A DNA stretch of 64,000 bases, taken from Candidatus Cloacimonadales bacterium (lineage in GTDB: Bacteria; Cloacimonadota; Cloacimonadia; Cloacimonadales; DAONDQ01). The stretch covers positions 2,784,001 through 2,848,000 of the forward strand of contig OY759316.1 in assembly GCA_963662275.1 (NCBI GenBank), written 5' to 3'. The notes beneath the pieces are model-generated. The model worked only from the letters and a program-made list of their open reading frames with translations. It ran no database searches and was not told the origin of the DNA. The position numbers and the translations under genes are program-made. This document shows, in pieces, positions 58,700 to 64,000 of this stretch (its first letter is position 1; every line of letters starts with the position of its first letter).

Positions 58700-59575
58700 T
58701 TATTGGAATCCCAGTTCTTTTAGTGCCTGTTTATTTTTTCGCCAATTCTTATTTATCTTCACAAATAAATGTAGGAGTACTTTTTTACCTATCAGTTTGG
58801 TTAAATCGACTTCAGAATCCATTCGTATCTTCGCAATCTTGGAACCGCCCTTTCCAATGATGATGGGCTTCTGGGAATCGCGTTCGATCCATATCGTCGC
58901 CTGGATATCCACTTCACTTTCCATTTCATTGAAGTGGGTAACGATCACTGCGGTTGAATAAGGTATCTCTTCATCAAAATTCAGCATGATTTTTTCCCGA
59001 ATGATCTCCTGGGCAAAGAAGCGTACCGGCTGGTCAGATAAATCCTCAGGATCATAGTGCGGTGGACTCAAAGGCAGGTATTTGGAAATGACATCCAACA
59101 TCTGATCAAGGTTCTCATGTGTTTTAGCTGAAATAGGAAGCACGTAATCAAAAGATTCAGATAATTGTGCAACGAGATCAGTGTAATCTTCACACAGGTC
59201 TATCTTATTTAACAATGCGATTCTGGGCGCACGAGTTTGTTTCAGGACAGCTATGAATTCCCTATCATAATCAGTAGGAAAATGAGGTGCATCCGTGACA
59301 AACATGATGAGGTCAGCGCTTTTCAAGGAATTTTCAATGATCCTTCTCATACTTTCATGTAGTTCATAACGCGGCTGCAGGAAACCGGGTGTATCAAGAA
59401 AAATGATCTGTCTAAGATCATCAGAATAGATACCTTTTATGCTTTGTCTCGTGGTTTGAGGTTTCGGGGAAATAATCGAAAGCTTCTCTCCCAATAAAGC
59501 ATTCATCAGGGTTGACTTACCGACATTCGGTTTACCGACGATAGCCACGAAACCGCATTTATAATTAGGATCCAT
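58700..59575 (-). CDS. era: GTPase Era
   Basis: GKPNVGKST, KPQTTR, DTPG and NKID motifs; KH-domain IIGKGG. Confidence 0.97.
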   Translation of the reverse strand: MDPNYKCGFVAIVGKPNVGKSTLMNALLGEKLSIISPKPQTTRQSIKGIYSDDLRQIIFLDTPGFLQPRYELHESMRRIIENSLKSADLIMFVTDAPHFPTDYDREFIAVLKQTRAPRIALLNKIDLCEDYTDLVAQLSESFDYVLPISAKTHENLDQMLDVISKYLPLSPPHYDPEDLSDQPVRFFAQEIIREKIMLNFDEEIPYSTAVIVTHFNEMESEVDIQATIWIERDSQKPIIIGKGGSKIAKIRMDSEVDLTKLIGKKVLLHLFVKINKNWRKNKQALKELGFQ

Positions 59576-59982
59576 TGTTAACTCCTTACTTAAAAGGGCA
59601 GGATGAAGATTTGCACTGAAGTGTCAAGTGAAGATGAAAGATGGAAGCTTTAAGATTGAAGATTGAAGAAAAGATTTAAGCATCCCTTTTCCACCATATA
59701 GCTTATTGTTAGCTATAGATTCAATAAAAAAGATTTAAGATTGGCAGAAAGACACCCCTACCCCCCATCCCAAGGGGGGATTTCATTCCCTCTTTACATA
59801 AGATTGGGGATTTCCTGAATAATATTATGAATTTGAGCCATGAGTATTCCCAAGTTGAGCCAGTGCTCCACTATAATTGAGCCAGGGAATATTCTACTTT
59901 GAGCCACCTTGCATAAATCAGAGTGTGATTAACCATGTGGCAATGCGCTGAAGAGCGCAAATAACACAATGGAGGTCACAAA

Positions 59983-61535
59983 ATGACCAATTATCGAGAA
60001 ATCTTGCGTTTACAGGCGCAAGGAATTAGTGAAAGGAATATTGCTCAAAGCCTGCCGTGCTCCCGCAATACCGTATCCAAGGTGCTGAGGGCAGCAGCCC
60101 AACAAGCTGTTTTCTGGCCAATTTCTGATACAATTAGTGACAGGGAATTGGGGAAGATGCTATTTCCCATTGTAAATATCGAAGGGTGTCGCAAGATGCC
60201 TGATTTTGAGCATATTCACAAGGAGTTAGGTAAAAGCGGTGTAACCTTGTCGTTATTATGGCACGAGTATTCAGAGCTATGCCGGCAGAATCAGACGATA
60301 CCCTATCAATACAGTCGATTCTGCGAGCTTTACACGGAATATGCTCATCAAACCAAGGCAACCATGCGCATTCATCACAAGCCGGGTGAGAAGCTTGAGG
60401 TTGATTGGGCAGGTCAATCTGCGTATTTGACAAACAATCTTACCGGGGCACAGCTTAAAGTTCCAGTCTTTGTCGCTGTTTTGCCCTATAGTGGCTATGC
60501 TTATGTTGAAGCACTTCCCAATATGAGTCTGAGTAACTGGATTCAGGCTCATGTAAACTGCTTTCAATATATGAACGGCGTGGCAAAAATACTGGTTCCT
60601 GACAACCTCAAGACAGGTGTGGAGCGGGTATCCGGTGGAAGCAGTGTAATCAACAGGACATATAATGAGCTGGCTAATTACTACAATACAGTGGTCATCC
60701 CTGCCAGGGTCAGGCATCCCAAGGATAAGGCAAGTGCTGAAGGGACAGTAGGTATTATCTCGACCTGGATTCTGGCTGCTCTTCGCAACAGGAGTTTCTT
60801 CTCGCTTAGAGAACTCAATAAGGCAATCAGGGAAAAGTTGGCTGAATTTAACAGTAAGCCTTTCAGCCTTTCCAGGTCAAAGATGGCTCCCGTGAAAGCG
60901 TATTTTGGCAAGAAGAACGAGAGCAGCTGCTTCCCTTGCCGGAGGAGGCTTATGAACTGGCTACATGGGCTACAGCAACGGTTGGTTACAACTATCACAT
61001 TATGGTTGATAAGAAGTACTATTCAGTGCCTTATGAATATATCCACCACAAAGTAGATATTCGCCTAACCGCCAGGGTGGTGGAGGTCTTTTACAATTCA
61101 GTCAGAATAGCCTCCCCCAGGGGCTTGGAGGGAAACTCTGAGCGATATCAGACCAATGCCGAACATATGCCCAAGGATCATCAGGAATACCGGAAATGGG
61201 ATGCAGATAGTTTTGTTGACTGGGCTTGTACTCTTGGAACAAGCACTGAGTTGGTAATCAAGTCAATCCTGGGATCATGCAGGGTTGAACAGCAAGGTTA
61301 TCGCACCTGCATGGCTGTGCTAAGCGCTTCAAAAAAGTACGGCTGTCAAAATTTGGAAAATGCCTGTCAGAGAGCATTAAGCTACACACCAAATCCGAGT
61401 TACAGAATCATCAAGACTATTCTAAACTCAAATGAACAGAAGAGAAGCACCGATAATGATGCTGAAGCGGTGCAAAGCTCAGAGTATGCCATCAGCCGGG
61501 AATCAGGTTACTACGGGAGAAACGAAAATGACTAA
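59983..61535 (+). pseudogene. istA: IS21 transposase IstA, frameshifted by an 8-bp duplication
   Basis: EVDWAG, VPDNLKTGV, PKDKASAE and YSVPY motifs split over two frames at AGCCTTTC-AGCCTTTC (60857-60872). Confidence 0.9.
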
Positions 61536-62283
61536 TAATACTACTATCATTAAACTTCGAGAGATGCTGTTAAATGGCATGGCAGATGCCTACCGAAATC
61601 AGGTTAACGATAAATCACTGGAAAACTACAGCTTTGATGAGCGCTTTGGCATGCTGGTTGATATAGAATGGGATAAGCGCAAGAATAATAGGCTTAAACG
61701 TCTGATTCACGGTGCCGGCTTCAAGTTCAGTAACGCGAGCATAGCAGATATTGACTACCATGAAGACAGGAAACTTGATCGTAGTGCAATCGTTGAATTG
61801 GCATCATGTTCATTTATTGGAGAGAATGAGAATATCATCATCACGGGAGCATCAGGAAGCGGTAAAACATGGCTGGCTTGTGCATTTGGCATAGCTGCCT
61901 GCAAGAAGTACTTCACTGTAAAATACGTCCGCCTGCCTGAACTGTTGGATGACCTCGCTGTTAGCCGTTGTGAAGGCGGGCATCAAAGAGTCATAGACAG
62001 ATATGTAAATGCGAAACTGCTGATACTTGATGAATGGCTGTTAACCAGGATAAACGAACAGGAGGCTAAAGATCTCTTTGAAATAGTCGAGATGAGGTAT
62101 TCCAAAGCATCTACGGTCTTGTGCTCTCAGTTCAAAACCGGAGGATGGCACGAGAAGATTGGACAACCCACTCTCGCTGATGCCATCCTTGACCGGCTTG
62201 TTCATAACTCTCACCATATATTTATCGATGGGAAGATGTCAATGAGAGAACGCAAGGGAATAATACAAATCAATAAGAAATAG
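61528..62283 (+). CDS. istB: IS21 helper ATPase IstB
   Basis: GASGSGKT, LLILDEW and ADAILDRLVH motifs; ATG overlaps the istA stop region. Confidence 0.95.
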   Translation: MTNNTTIIKLREMLLNGMADAYRNQVNDKSLENYSFDERFGMLVDIEWDKRKNNRLKRLIHGAGFKFSNASIADIDYHEDRKLDRSAIVELASCSFIGENENIIITGASGSGKTWLACAFGIAACKKYFTVKYVRLPELLDDLAVSRCEGGHQRVIDRYVNAKLLILDEWLLTRINEQEAKDLFEIVEMRYSKASTVLCSQFKTGGWHEKIGQPTLADAILDRLVHNSHHIFIDGKMSMRERKGIIQINKK

Positions 62284-62510
62284 CCGGTTCCCTCTTAGAT
62301 GCATCGTTCCGGCTGCTGCTTCGCTCGGACTACGTCCTCACTCCGCAGCAGCCGGAACTTCATCCTCCCTAATAAAGTTGATAATATGTAATAAGGCAAT
62401 AAGATACGTCGTGTGGCTCAAAAAGATAATATAGTATGGCTCAATTATAGTGGAGCACTGGATCAACTTAATCGGACAAGGTGGCTTTTCTGAGCGGAAT
62501 ATGCAGATTT

Positions 62511-62601
62511 CCCTATACTCTATTCCCTGTACCCTGTATGCTGTCCGCTGTATGCTGTACCCTGTATGCTGTCCGCTGTACCCTGTCCGCTGTACCCTGT
62601 C
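62511..62601 (-). repeat. Heptamer array (YSCTGTM-type) x13
   Basis: ccctgta, cgctgta and tgctgtc units adjacent to the IS21 right end. Confidence 0.9.
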
Positions 62602-62856
62602 CCCTTCTGCTGTGTAAGCCACAAGCATTCTACCAAAATCAATGTAAATTCAATCCAACTTGAATCCTATTCTATACTAATCTCAAACCTGTTTCGCGAA
62701 ACAGGAATGAAACTGGTATGAAATTGGTATAATCTTTGGAGATTGAGGAAGCAGTGAGTCGTGTGAGTTTGAGACAATCTCTAACATAACAGACAAGACT
62801 GTCTGTGCTGCAATTATTGCAGAAGTTTAAGGTAGGAATTCCATAAGATCGGAATC

Positions 62857-63759
62857 TTATGCCACACTGCCCTTCTTTCTATATCCTATTTGTTGCCAGA
62901 GGATTCCCCCAATAATAAGCAATAACCCACCAATGGTGGAAAGAGCAATCCTTTCATGCAGCACTTGGCTGATGATAACAAGCGAAAGGAAAGGAGTAAT
63001 AAAAACGAGATTGGTGATGCGGGCTGTATTCTTGGTTTTCTGCAGAGCATTGAGCCAGAGAACAAAGGTTAGTCCCATTTCGAAGATACCGATATAGGTT
63101 GCTCCAATAATAGCTTTGAAGGTTGGAACGTGGAATTGACTTGTAATCAAATGATAGAGCAGTATAAAAATGAAACCAAAGCCAAAATTCCATAACAATT
63201 TGACAACTTCATCTCTCTTGTCCCTGACATTATAGAGCCAAAACAAAGCCCAGATGAGAGTTGAAAATAGAGCTAAAAAAACGCCTAGTGGTTCAGCAAA
63301 TTTGAGGGAAGTAAAATTCCCGCGGGTGGCTATCACTAGAGCCCCTGTAAAGCTGATGAAAACACCGCTCAGGTCGAAGAATCTCGGCTTCTGTTTTAAT
63401 AGGGGAATCGAGAGTAAAACCAGCATGACAACCCAGATGTAATTTAATGCTTGGGCTTCTTGTGCTGGAAGTCTGTTATAGGCATTAAGCAGGACAGTAT
63501 AATAAAGAAAAGGATTCAAAAAACCCAATATTGCTGAACGGAGATAGTCCTGCCTTGTTCCTTGAAAGATAAGTTTATGTTTTTTTTGCAGAAAAATGAT
63601 AAAGAAGAGGATAACGAAAGATACGAATGAAGCATAGAGAACTAATTGTTCTGGTGTTTGATAGCGAAGTGATAATTTAAAAGCTGTAGAAATAGTCGAC
63701 CAGAACAGTATCGCTAATAATGCATAAGGATAAGCAGAACTGAAAAGTGGTTTACTCAT
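62857..63759 (-). CDS. DMT/EamA family transporter
   Basis: About 10 hydrophobic segments in a two-repeat arrangement; LVFITPFLS...LHE motif. Confidence 0.9.
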   Translation of the reverse strand: MSKPLFSSAYPYALLAILFWSTISTAFKLSLRYQTPEQLVLYASFVSFVILFFIIFLQKKHKLIFQGTRQDYLRSAILGFLNPFLYYTVLLNAYNRLPAQEAQALNYIWVVMLVLLSIPLLKQKPRFFDLSGVFISFTGALVIATRGNFTSLKFAEPLGVFLALFSTLIWALFWLYNVRDKRDEVVKLLWNFGFGFIFILLYHLITSQFHVPTFKAIIGATYIGIFEMGLTFVLWLNALQKTKNTARITNLVFITPFLSLVIISQVLHERIALSTIGGLLLIIGGILWQQIGYRKKGSVA

Positions 63760-63774
63760 GAATGTTGAAACCGT

Positions 63775-63999
63775 TCATCTCCACGAAATATCCTTCTGCA
63801 TCCAGAGTATATCGAAATACTGATCTAGTTTTTTTCCCACATTTTGCAATTTACCACATAGTTTAAAACCATGTTTTTCATGAAATCGAATACTTTGTTC
63901 ATTCTTAGAAGAGATACTGGCTAAAAGAGTTTTAACACCTATAGACATGGCATTCTCTTCTAATGTTGAAAGTAGAGCCGATCCAAGTCCATTCCCTGT
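63775..63999 (-). CDS. GNAT N-acetyltransferase (YncA/Pat-like), 5'-partial
   Basis: Manual translation gives TGNGLGSALL...NEQSIRFHEKHGF...VGKK...DILWMQK*. Confidence 0.85.
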   Translation of the reverse strand, partial: TGNGLGSALLSTLEENAMSIGVKTLLASISSKNEQSIRFHEKHGFKLCGKLQNVGKKLDQYFDILWMQKDISWR

Positions 64000-64000
64000 A

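Larger units (their letters stand above)
59816..62505 (+). mobile_element. IS21-family element, 2690 bp
   Basis: TG...CA ends; 7-bp TSD GATTTCC at 59809-59815 and 62506-62512; multiple TTGAGCCA subterminal repeats; long IR ccagtgctccactataattgagcca. Confidence 0.95.

Overview
AT-rich bacterial chromosomal window. By inference from the many secreted proteins ending in an 'NYPNPFNP...IYNIxGQ...SGxYFY...KMxLxK' tail, it is probably from Candidatus Cloacimonadota or a related FCB lineage. Layout: (1) 1-8.1 kb holds PEGA proteins, a B12 radical SAM enzyme and a divergent pgk. (2) 8.7-24 kb is a minus-strand housekeeping run: tRNA-Lys, a SAM-II-like riboswitch with terminator, metK, kdsA-kdsC-lptC-lptA-lptB-rpoN-lpdA-lipA-hpf-hprK-ptsH-ptsI-pgi-pgi/pmi. 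(3) 24-58 kb is an accessory block of large secreted/surface proteins, including an FGE/CLec lipoprotein that looks like a DGR target, a secreted cyclophilin, three tandem paralogues, and an IS256-like element with an 8-bp TSD. (4) The end carries four tRNAs, era, an IS21 with a frameshifted istA, an EamA transporter and a partial GNAT. The intergenic DNA is rich in gene-polarised heptamer arrays, a dispersed 41-nt 3'-flanking motif, 11-mer repeats and REP-like palindromes. No CRISPR array, integrase or reverse transcriptase is visible.
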